NCBI GenBank assembly: GCA_026770705.1
Contig: JANJGN010000010.1
Span: forward strand, 39,928,001 to 39,992,000
Origin: Isurus oxyrinchus
Lineage: Eukaryota
Direction of reading: 5' to 3'
DNA: 64,000 nucleotides
In this document: positions 25,401-37,400 of the stretch, piece by piece
Position numbering within the stretch: position 1 is the first letter of the stretch
How the letters are laid out: every line of letters begins with the position of its first letter
Program-made: the position numbers and the translations under genes
Notes under the pieces: model-generated
Told to the model about the DNA's origin: nothing
Databases searched by the model: none
Seen by the model: the letters and a program-made list of their open reading frames with translations, nothing else

Positions 25401-28400
25401 ACAGTATAAATTCCCGCTAACAGGGTGGTGGATTTGATGGGGGTGCAAGATCCTATTTGGTCTGGTAATTTGCATTCTTGAGATGCAAAATGGGTTCCTG
25501 ACGTTCACCAGCGGGAAAGTCGACCCACCATTTACCTGCCACGAAAGGTCGGGTGAACAAGATTCCAACCTGATCTCCCGATATCAGAAAACTGATCTTT
25601 GGACTCTCGTCACATCTCCTGCCTCCACCCACTACGATTCTCCCGGTGGTGGGAGGGGACGATTTCGTCCAATGACTTTCTCCAGTACACCTGAAATTTT
25701 GACACCTTCCAACAGTGTGTTCTAATCCAACTTTCCAATGATTTTATAATCCAGAGTTAAAGTTTCAAAAGTTGCTCTCCCATTGAAATCCATCCTGAGA
25801 CTATCTGTATGCTTATTGTAACAGACTATCTGACTGAATGCACAATAAGGATAGAAATTATATACTTGGCATGGTGTTTACCTCTTTCAGAGGGAGCAGT
25901 CTTGTTTTCAGGAAGTATTCTTTCAGTATCACCTTCATTTTCTTTTGGTTTTTGTTGCCCTTAAATAACAACGAGGTCAATATATATTATCCAGCAGACA
26001 AATTGATCTGAATCAATACCATTTGAACCTCAATGTGGCATTATCACAAGTAGATCATTCTAACTCTTGTTCAAGTTACTTCTACTAGGAATTTTTGAAA
26101 GCTGACAGGAGCACTTACATTCCAACTTTCTTTCTTGCATTCTGGTTAAAACACAAATTATGAACCGATCTGATAGCAATATGTTTTGAACAATTATGAT
26201 TGTTTGGTTTTCATTTGCTGCTGACTCACTTTCTCAAACTACTTGTGAGCTGTGCTCAAATTGTGTTCTCTTTGTTCCTAACTTTTTTATTAATAAGCTG
26301 CTGGACCACTGTTCCAGCCGCTTTAAAGGATGATTTGACATTACACATTTGGTGCCAGATTTGTAAGTAATGCTGGTTTTTGCTCCAGTAGAATTACTGA
26401 ACTGGAAGTTCATTTGGAGATCAAAACTATGGGAATCATAAACTTTATTGTGTAGATACATACAAAGTGCTCTGCTTTAATGTTTACTGGGTTGAGTAGA
26501 TCAGGATGGCCAGATAGTTCTTAATTATAAGAAATCCAGAAGTAATTTGGTACTCAGTTGCCTATAATGTAATGCTGAATGGGGTGTGTCACGCTTATGC
26601 AGTACAAACCTATTACTTACAAATATGAACTAATGGGGCAGAATTTTACCCTTGGGGTGCGGGGTCAGTGGGGTGGCCAGGAATCCGACTGCCACCTGAG
26701 ATTGGCAGTGCTCTGCCAATTAAGGCCAGCTTAGTGTAATCCACAGCCTGGAGTGTGTGCGAAGGAGCAGGTGGGGACGGGGCCATGATGTCCACCGGGT
26801 CCAATGGCGACCCGGCAGCGGATTCTAATGTGGCCTCGGCAGCCCCTGGAAAGCTGCCACCAAGGGACACGGAAATGTTGCCAATGGAAACCGTAGTGGG
26901 TGGAAACAGCAGGATGAAAGGCAGGAAGGTTGGGCAGTCGGCCCCATGTTTTTTGGACAAGTGCCTTTCAGCCTTCCTGGAAGAGGTCGCGGTGAAGAAA
27001 GAAACCTTGTCCCCAGGGACAGGAGGAGGAGGCCCCCTCCCCTCAGAAAAAAGGCCTGGGAGGAGTTGACACTGAGGGTCAGCAGCCACGACGCGGTGAG
27101 ATGCACATGAGTCCAGTGGTGTAAGCGCTTCAACGATCTGCTGCGATCAGGAAGGGTGAGTACCATGCTGGCATGGGTCATTTTGCAGAACAGGTAAGGG
27201 CTGGCCACCCCCCACACCCCCCACACCCCTCCACAGTGGACCTCAGAGGTGTTTGAGTGTGAGTGGCAAATGTCAATGATGTGAGCCTCAAACCCGGAAT
27301 CCCCATTGATAATCTGAAGACCAGGGCACCCATTCAAATCTCTGTCTTATCAGGGTGCCGGGCATGCACAGTGACAGTTTCATGATTTAAACTAATGACA
27401 ATGCCTTCTTCCCCCTTTTAGGCTCACCAGCAATTCCTTATGTGGAGCCTGAAGACCCAGCCCTGACCCCTAAGGACCAGCATGCTGAGCACGCACCAGC
27501 GTCACGCCCACTCTGTCAAGCTGGCACCAGTGCGATACCAGCACCTCGGTATGCATAACATCACTGTGTAGTCTAACGGTGCACATTGGTGAGGGCACTT
27601 CACACTCACTTGCGGTGCAGGCGGAGGCAGAGAGTGCCCAGAGCGCAGGCAATTGGAGGACTGCTGGGGACCAGGAACATGCTCAGTCAATGGCTGATGA
27701 TGAGCCTCTGGGGTCATTCATGAGGCAGCAGATGCTGGATGTCCAGCAGGGTGTGTGGGAGGATCTGGCAGAGATACATGAGGGAACGTGTGCCATGGTG
27801 CCCATGATGTAGGAGTCCAAGCGGTGCATAAGCACTGCGTTGGCTCTCATGGCCAAGTGTAGTGCCGCCTCCATTGAGAGAATGGTGACTCTCATTGAGA
27901 GGCTACTCCAGGGATTCAAACAGGGATTCCTGGGAATGTGCTCAGACCTGCAAGCCCTCACACTGGCAATGACCTCAGCTGGTCAGTGTCAGTGTGGGAG
28001 ATTGGGCACCCAGCTAGGTGCCCGTCCATCAATGGTGAGCAGGGAGGTCCAAAGTGACCCAGCGTTGGCACACGAGCTGCCTGTCATCTCTGCAGGCTCC
28101 TCTCAGGGCACTCTGGACCATGGCAGCAGCTCCTCCGCCCTTCTGCCAGTGGCTATAGCATCTGATGAAGCTGCGGCAACTGGGGAGGGCCTAGGCAGGG
28201 CCAGCCCAGGCTCCACAGGCCAGAGGATGCCTGCCAAGGTCATCAAGGCCAAAAGGACAGCAGAGTGAGCAGGATTTCTCCACTGCCAGTGCCAGCGAGG
28301 GGGTAGCACAGCTGATTCGGCTGCCGACCTGAAAATGGAAATGACGCGAGGTGACTTTGTGAGTTCCACCCGACGTCATCCCGCAGCATTTTATGCGTCG

Positions 28401-31400
28401 GCGAGCGGGCCCCGCCCCCACTAGCTGTCCTCAATATCCTGGCCACAGTGTTCTTCTATGCTGTGCTGAGGCCATCAAGTTGTTCAGTTAATGTTTGGCG
28501 TTATATGGTAAAAAAAATCTGTTAATTTAGTAGTCAGCAGCTTATATGCTGAATGGAATTAATCATTGCTAATATCTAACAGAATCCCACATCGAGGCCT
28601 GTCTACAGGACCTTCAGTCTTCCAGTTGGCTTAGCTGGTAGCAATCTCAGTTTTAATTCATAATCTTGTGGGTTCGAGCTCCACTCTCAGGCTTGAGCAC
28701 AGAATCCAGGTGACACTTCAGTGTTCGACTGAGGGAGTGCTACATAGTTGAAGGTGCCAATTTCTCAAGCATGTATTAAACAAGGGACTATCTGATTGCT
28801 CAGGTGGATGTAAAAGATCCCTTGACACTTTTATAAGAAGAACAGGCTACTCTCTGGTTATAGTAAATCATTATTTTCTCTCAACCAATGCCACCAAAAA
28901 AGCCCAGAATAGTCTACAACATTAAAGGTGGGTGGAGGTAATGTTTTTACCCGTTTGTTAGTCTGTTTGTACGTCCGTAAACATTATATTTTTAAAAACT
29001 AATGGACAGATTTCAACAAAAATTAGTACACAGATAGGTGATGGTCCAGAAAAGAATGGATTAGTTTTTGGTGAAGATGCAGATCTGGATTCAGATCCTG
29101 TTTTGTTTAAAAAATGTATCCTTTAACATTGGGAGATAGGGAAAATCGTATTTTTTTTAAAAGAATGTTGTGAATTCTGTCAGCCACTGTGGTCATATTT
29201 GTCACAGCTATCAAAATGTGAGCAGTGTTTTCAGAGCAGCTTGTTGGATGTGCATTGGCCTAAAGCCTCCTCAGTAAGAGGCTTTAAGCTCTTTATAAAA
29301 ATATTGATATTTTCAGCTTTGTGGTTGCAGAGCATCAACCAGGCAGGAAAATGCCTCAAGGAAGAGCTGTATAATTGTAATAATGTTGAGTTCACACAGC
29401 GTTGGAGGGGTACGTGCTCTGTTGAGTCCCCTCTTCATTTGTTATTTGTTGTTTTTGAGACATGGCTGAGCATATTTCAACAATGATCTCCATTACACCT
29501 GCATTTCAGTCACTGCCCTGGAATCTCTTCTATGATGCTGAACCAACTTTTGAATCTTTGCGAGAAATAGAGTTAACGTTTCGATTCTGTATGATTCTTC
29601 TTCAGTGCAAAACATTAACTCTGTTTCTCTCTCTCCACAGATGCTGCCAGACCTGCTGAGTTTTTCCAGCATTTTCTGTCTTTATTTCAGATTTACCACA
29701 TCCGCAGTATTTTGCTTTTGTTGTTGTTGAATATATGACTGAGTGTGTTCAGATTAAACTGATAAGAATGGAAATTATGTACTTAGCATAAGTATTTACC
29801 TCTTATCAAACATCTGGTTATTATAAAATTAATACTAAGTTATAGCTGTGCGAGTTTTCTGTCCTGCAGTAGGTGGGCGTTTCTGGCCCGTGAGACCATC
29901 ACAAACGAACACAGCTACAGGACATGTATCCACCTCAAATTTCTCTGGTGCAGAATCATTGAGCTATATTGTGAAGTGGAGACACTGTGACACATAAGGG
30001 AGGAATCAATATCTGGTCAATTTTCTCTAGACTTTGGTGACATTTTATATAGAAGTACAGGCTCAGAATGCGGTTAGTGTGACCATTTATGTGCAGATTC
30101 GGGGGAACCCAGGTTAGGTAGAAACCATAGAAATTGACCCCATTTAACAGGTACAGTATACCTGCTACCAGTGTGGATAGCCAGACAGATAGGCAGAATA
30201 CAAATAATACCATCATTGGAGCAGCAGATTGTCAAAAGTGGGAGGAGGAGGAGGGAAAGCTTAGTGTGGTACTTGCACGAGATTCAATAATTAAGGGGAC
30301 AGATAGAATTCTTTGTAAGCAGGATCGAGAGTTCTATATGGTTTGATGTCTAATTAGTGCTGGGGTGAGGGACATCTCAAACTGGCATGAAATTATTTCA
30401 GAGATGGATGGGTGGATCCAATTATTGGAGTCCATGTTGGGACCAACAACATGGTAAAGAGTAGGAACGAGATCCTATTCAGAGATTATCAGGATCTAGG
30501 AACTAATTAAAGGGCAGCATCTCAAAGGTTATAATCTCTGGATTATTTCCCAGGCCACATACAAATCGGCATTGGGATAAATAAACTAGGGAAGTGAACA
30601 CATCGTTGAACAGGTAGTGTGGGAAAGAGGGCTTCATGAAGGACATGTGGAGTCACTTCAGAGCATGAGCCAGTTTCCTGGATCATATGTTAGTGCCACC
30701 TCATAGGCACTAAGATTTCATTATAAAAAATGAGTGACCATCTAGAAGCATAGGAAGAGACAAGTGCAGGCGTCTTCAGGATATGTGCCACCCTGAAACT
30801 GGTACTCATCATTGGCGACTGCTGGGTGCCAACACCCAGAAAGAATATAGTCCTAATCATGGCACCAACGGGCAAATGATTGCATGGGGGAAACAGCAAA
30901 GTTTAGCAATGCAGTATAGGAGATTCCATAGTTACGCAGGCAGACAGATGTTTCTGTTACCCTCATGGGTTCCACACTGTGTGGGGCATTGGAACTAGGT
31001 CTCAACAAGACTGGGACTAATGTCCTCAGGGGAAGGTTCACTATTTTGGTTAGGGAGGGTTCAAACTTAATTGGGAGGTGCTGGGCGGAGAAGAGCAGTT
31101 GGGAGCATTGAGCACCAGAGTATTGAAATAGAAAAGTGTAATAAAGGTGCTTAAAGGAGGGACAGTGTTCAATTGTACTAGAAAAGGAAGCATAACATAT
31201 TAGGTAGTAGCAAGCTAAGAATGATTATGAGGAATATAAAGACAGGTTGAGAATGCATGTATGTAAACACACAAAGTGTGGTGAATAAGCTTTGTGAGCT
31301 ACACGCAAAATAATTCTGTGCGAACATGGAGTAGTGGCAATAATAGAAGTCTGGTTTAAAAATAATGAAAACTGGGTGCTTAAAGCTCACAGATCCAAAG

Positions 31401-34400
31401 TGGTCAGAAGAGATAGGGAAGGAATAAAGGAATAAAACAAAAAAACTGCGGATGCTGGAAATCCAAAACAAAAACAGAATTACCTGGAAAAACTCAGCAG
31501 GTCTGGCAGCATCGGTGGAGAAGAAGAGTTGACGTTTCGAGTCCTCATGACCCTTCGACAGCACTTGAGTTCGAGTCCAAGAAAAAGTTGAAATATAAGC
31601 TGGTTTAAGGTGTGTGTGTGGGGGGCGGAGAGATAGAGAGAGAGAGATGGTTGTATGGACAAACAAGCAGTGATAGAAGCAGATCATCAAAAGATGTCAA
31701 CAACAATGGTACAATAGAACACATAGGTGTTAAAGTTAAAGTTGGTGATATTATCTAAACGAATGTGCTAATTAAGAATGGATGGTAGGGCACTCAAGGT
31801 ATAGCTCTAATGGGGGTGGGGAGAGCATAAAAGATTTTAAAATATTTAAAAATAATGGAAATAGGTGTGAAAAGAAAAATCTATATAATTTATTGGAAAA
31901 AAAAGAAAGGGGGAAACAGAAATGGGGTGGGGATGGGGGAGGGAGCTCACGACCTAAAGTTGTTGAATTCAATATTCAGTCCGGAAGGCTGTAAGGTGCC
32001 TAGTCGGAAGATGAGGTGTTGTCCCTCCAGTTTGCGTTGGGCTTCACTGGAACAATGCAGCAAGCCAAGGACAGACATGAGGGCAAGAGAGCAGGGTGGA
32101 GTGTTAAAATGGCAAGCGACAGGGAGGTTTGGGTCATTCTTGCGGACAGACCGCAGGTGTTCTGCAAAGCGGTCGCCCAGTTTACGTTTGGTCTCTCCAA
32201 TGTAGAGGAGACCACATTGGGAGCAATGAATGCAGTAGACTAAGTTGGGGGAAATGCAAGTGAAATGCTGCTTCACTTGAAAGGAGTGTTTGGGCCCTTG
32301 GACGGTGAGGAGAGAGGAAGTGAAGGGGCAGGTGTTACATCTTTTGCGTGGGCATGGGATGGTGCCATAGGAGGGGGTTGAGGAGTAGGGGGTGATGGAG
32401 GAGTGGACCAGGGTGTCCCGGAGGGAGCGATCCCTACGGAATGCCGATAGGGGGGGGTGAAGGGAAGATGTGTTTGGTGGTGGCATCATGCTGGAGTTGG
32501 TGGAAATGGCGGAGGATGATCCTTTGAATGCGGAGGCTGGTGGGGTGATAAGTGAGGACAAGGGGGCCCCTATCATGTTTCTGGGAGGGAGGAGAAGGCG
32601 TGAGGGCGGATGCGCGGGAGATGGACCAGACACGGTTGAGGGCCCTGTCAACGACCGTGGGTGGAAAACCTCGGTTAAGGAAGAAGGAGGACATGTCAGA
32701 GGAACCGTTTTTGAAGGTAGCATCATCGGAACAGATGCGAAGAAGGCGAAGGAACTGGGAGAATGGGATGGAGTCCTTACAGGAAGCGGGGTGTGAAGAG
32801 CTGTAGTCGAGGTAGCTGTGGGAGTCGGTGGGTTTGTAATGGATATTGGTGGACAGTCTATCACCAGAGATTGAGACAGAGAGGTTAAGGAAGGGAAGGG
32901 AAGTGTCAGAGATGGACCACGTGAAAATGATGGAGGGGTGGAGATTGGAAGCAAAATTAATAAATTTTTCCAAGTCCCGACGAGAGCATGAAGCGGCACC
33001 GAAGTAATCATCGATGTACCGGAGAAAAAGTTGTGGAAGGGGGCTGGAGTAGGACTGGAACAAGGAATGTTCCACATACCCCATAAAGAGACAGGCATAG
33101 CTGGGGCCCATGCAGGTACCCATAGCCACACCTTTTATTTGGAGGAAGTGAGAGGAGTTGAAGGAGAAATTGTTCAGCATGAGAACAAGTTCAGCCAGAC
33201 GGAGGAGAGTAGTAGTGGATGGGGATTGTTCGGGCCTCTGTTCGAGGAAGAAGCTAAGGGCCCTCAGACCATCCTGGTGGGGGATGGAGGTGTAGAGGGA
33301 TTGGACGTCCATGGTGCAGAGGAAGCGGTTGGGGCCAGGGAACTGGAAACTGTTGATGTGGCGTAAGGTGTCAGAGGAATCACGGATGTAGGTGGGAAGG
33401 GACTGGACAAGGGGAGAGAGAAGGGAGTCAAGATAACGAGAAATGAGTTCTGTGGGGCAGGATGTGGCAGGACCAAGCTGAGACGATTGGTCTACCGGGG
33501 CAGTTCTGTTTGTGGATTTTGGGTAGGAGATAGAAGCGGGCCGTCCGAGGTTGGGCGACTATCAGGTTGGAAGCTGTGGGAGGGAGATCCCCAGAGGAGA
33601 TGAGGTCAGTGACAGTCCTGGAAACAATGGCTTGATGTTCAGTGGTGGGGTCATGGTCCAGGGAGAGGTAGGAGGAAGTGCTGTTGTTGTCTGGCGCACT
33701 GACCTCTACTTCGCGGAGGCTGAGCGTCAACTCGCAGACACTTCCTCCTGCCTCTCCCTGGACCATGACCCCACCACTGAACATCAAGCCATTGTTTCCA
33801 GGACTGTCACTGACCTCGTCTCCTCTGGGGATCTCCCTCCCACAGCTTCCAACCTGATAGTCGCCCAACCTCGGACAGCCCGCTTCTATCTCCTATCCAA
33901 AATCCACAAACAGAACTGCCCCGGTAGACCGATCGTCTCAGCTTGCTCCTGCCCCATCCTGCCCCACAGAACTCATTTCTCGTTATCTTGACTCCCTTCT
34001 CTCTCCCCTTGTCCAGTCCCTTCCCACCTCCATCCGTGATTCCTCTGACACCTTACATCACATCAACAGTTTCCAGTTCCCTGGCCCCAACCGCTTCCTC
34101 TTCACCATGGACGTCCAATCCCTCTACACCTCCATCCCCCACCAGGATGGTCTGAGGGCCCTTAGCTTCTTCCTCGAACAGAGGCCCGAACAATCCCCAT
34201 CCACTACTACTCTCCTCTGTCTGGCTGAACTTGTTCTCACGCTGAACAATTTCTCCTTCAACTCCTCTCACTTCCTCCAAATAAAAGGTGTGGCTATGGG
34301 TACCCGCATGGGCCCCAGCTATGCCTGTCTCTTTATGGGGTATGTGGAACATTCCTTGTTGCAGTCCTACTCCGGCCCCCTTCCACAACTTTTTCTCCGG

Positions 34401-37400
34401 TACATCGATGATTACTTCGGTGCCGCTTCATGCTCTCGTCGGGACTTGGAAAAATTTATTAATTTTGCTTCCAATCTCCACCCCTCCATCATTTTCACGT
34501 GGTCCATCTCTGACACTTCCCTTCCCTTCCTTGACCTCTCCGTCTCAATCTCTGGTGATAGACTGTCCACCAATATCCATTACAAACCCACCGACTCCCA
34601 CAGCTACCTCGACTACAGCTCTTCACACCCCGCTTCCTGTAAGCACTCCATCCCATTCTCCCAGTTCCTTCGCCTTCGTCGCATCTGATCAGATGATGCT
34701 ACCTTCAAAAACGGTTCCTCTGACATGTTCTCCTTCTTCCTTAACCGAGGTTTTCCACCCACGGTCGTTGACAGGGCCCTCAACCGTGTCCGGTCCATCT
34801 CCCGCGCATCCGCCCTCACGCCTTCTCCTCCCTCCCAGAAACATGATAGGGTCCCCCTTGTCCTCACTTATCACCCCACCAGCCTCCGCATTCAAAGGAT
34901 CATCCTCCGCCATTTCCGCCAACTCCAGCATGATGCCACCACCAAACACATCGGCCCTTCACCCCCCCATCGGCATTCCATAGGGATTGCTCCCTCCGGG
35001 ACACCCTGGTCCACTCCTCCATCACCCCCTACTCCTCAACCCCCTCCTATGGCACCACCCCATGCCCACACAAAAGATGTAACACCTGCCCCTTCACTTC
35101 CTCTCTCCTCACCGTCCAAGGGCCCAAACACTCCTTTCAACTGAAGCAGCATTTCACTTGCATTTCCCTCAACTTAGTCTACTGCATTCGTTGCTCCCAA
35201 TGTGGTCTCCTCTACATTGGAGAGACCAAACGTAAACTGGGTGACCGCTTTGGAGAACACCTGCGGTCTGTCTGCAAGAATGACCCAAACCTCCCTGTCG
35301 CTTGCCATTTTAACACTCCACCCTGCTCTCTTGCCCACATGTCTGTCCTTGGCTTGCTGCATTGTTCCAGTGAAGCCCAACGCAAACTGGAGGAACAACA
35401 CCTCATCTTCCGACTAGGCACCTTACAGCCTTCCGGACTGAATATTGAATTCAACAACTTTAGGTCGTGAGCTCCCTCCCCCATCCCCACCCCATTTCTG
35501 TTTCCCCCTTTCTTTTTTTTCCAATAAATTATATAGATTTTTCTTTTCACACCTATTTCCATTATTTTAAATATTTTAAAATCTTTTATGCTCTCCCCAC
35601 CCCCATTAGAGCTATACCTTGAGTGCCCTACCATCCATTCTTAATTAGCACATTCGTTCAGATAATATCACCAACTTTAACTTTAACACCTATGTGTTCT
35701 ATTGTACCATTGTCGTTGACATCTTTTGATGATCTGCTTCTATCACTGCTTGTTTGTCCATACAACCACCTCTCTCTCTCTCTATCTCTCCGCCCCCCAC
35801 ACACACACCTTAAACCAGCTTATATTTCAACTTTTTCTTGGACTCGAACTCAAGTTCTGTCGAAGGGTCATGAGGACTCGAAACGTCAACTCTTTTCTTC
35901 TCCGCCGATGCTGCCAGACCTGCTGAGTTTTTCCAAGGTATAAAGGAAGTTGGGTGGCAGTACTGATTAGAGAAGAGATTGTAGTGTTGGAAAGAGACAA
36001 AGTCCTTAAGGGGATAAGCACAGATTCCACTTGATTGGAGTTGAGAAGCAAAAAGTGTATGGCCTCCAAATAGTGAGAGAAAGAGATGGAGGGGCAATTC
36101 TGGAGGAAAATCTTAGAGCTTTGTAGAAATGTAGAATAGTTATATTGGGTTACGTTTGTTACCTAGATATTGACTAGGATAATGTCAGAGGAAAGGGTAA
36201 GAAGGGGGAGGAATTTTTGAAATGTGTTCAGGAGAACTTCCTTGATTAGTATGTTTTTGGTCCAATTAGAAATGAGGCATTGCTGGATCTGATGCTGGGG
36301 AATGAGGTTGGCCAATTAGATCAATCATCTGTGGCAGAGTAATTGGGTAAGAGTGATCATTGTATCATAAGTAATAGAGAAGAGCAAGGAACAATCTAAA
36401 GTAGAACTTCTAATTTGGCAGAGGGCTAACTTCAATGGGATGAGAGGGGATTTTGCCAGGGTAAAATGGAACCTAAGTTGGACAGAAAAAATGTAATGTA
36501 TCAGAACAGATGTTTCAAGCATAAACCAGGTACACTCCATCAAAAGAGAAAGGCAGTGGAAACAAAACTAGGGCTTCTTAGATGGCTAGAGCAATCGAGA
36601 ATATGATGAATCAAAAAATAGGGCGTATGATCCATATCTGGTGAATTCCTCAAGTAAGAACCAGGCTAAATATAATACGTTGAGAAGAGAAATAAAGAGG
36701 AAAATAAGATTTACAAAGAGAGAACATGAGAATAGAATGGCAACTAACATATACTAAACTCAAAAATCTTCTACATTATGTAAATAATAAACAGGTGGTA
36801 GGAGGTGGGGCGAGGCCTGTTCGGGACAGTAGGGTGAATATCTGTTTAGAGGTGGCGGGCAAGGCTCAGATACTTAATGAGTACCCTTGTATTGGGGTTT
36901 ACTAAAGAAGAGGATGCTGAGGTAATGGATGTGCTGAAAATTGATGGGCAGGATGTACTGGAAAGGATGCCTATGTTTAGAATGGATAGGGTGCTTCATC
37001 TGGATGTCTTCTATCCCAGGTTATCGAAGGGGAGTGGAAATAGCAGAAAGGTTTGCCATAAGCTTCAAATCATTCCTCAATGTGGATGAGGTGCTAGAAG
37101 ATTGGAAAGTGGCAAAGGTGACACACTTGTTGATTCCTGGTAACCACAGTTGGTCAGTTTAACATCAGTGGTGGGTAAGATTTTAGAAACAATAAACAGA
37201 GAAAAATTTAAACAGGCACTTGGAGAGGTTTGATTTAATTAAGAAGATGCAGCATTGATTTGTAAAAGGCAGATCGTTTTTGACTAATTGAATCTTTTGA
37301 TGAAGAGAATGCAGTGGATGTTGTCTATATGGATTTAAAGAAAATGACAAATGCCAATTAAAAGACTGGTTAACGAAAATTGAAGTTTCTGGGGCAGGAT

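Larger units (their letters stand above)
28305..36760 (+). repeat. Older segmental duplicate of about 40650-44770, interrupted by the Penelope insertion
   Basis: Collinear MITE end, SINE, spacer-exon region and CR1. ORF pairs 29199/41548 and 29956/42469. Confidence 0.9.

Noticed and set aside
31947-35470. Intact autonomous Penelope or domesticated RT gene
   Set aside because: Both arms are 5'-truncated. The left arm is frameshifted near 32450 and the right arm has a stop at 34686-34688.
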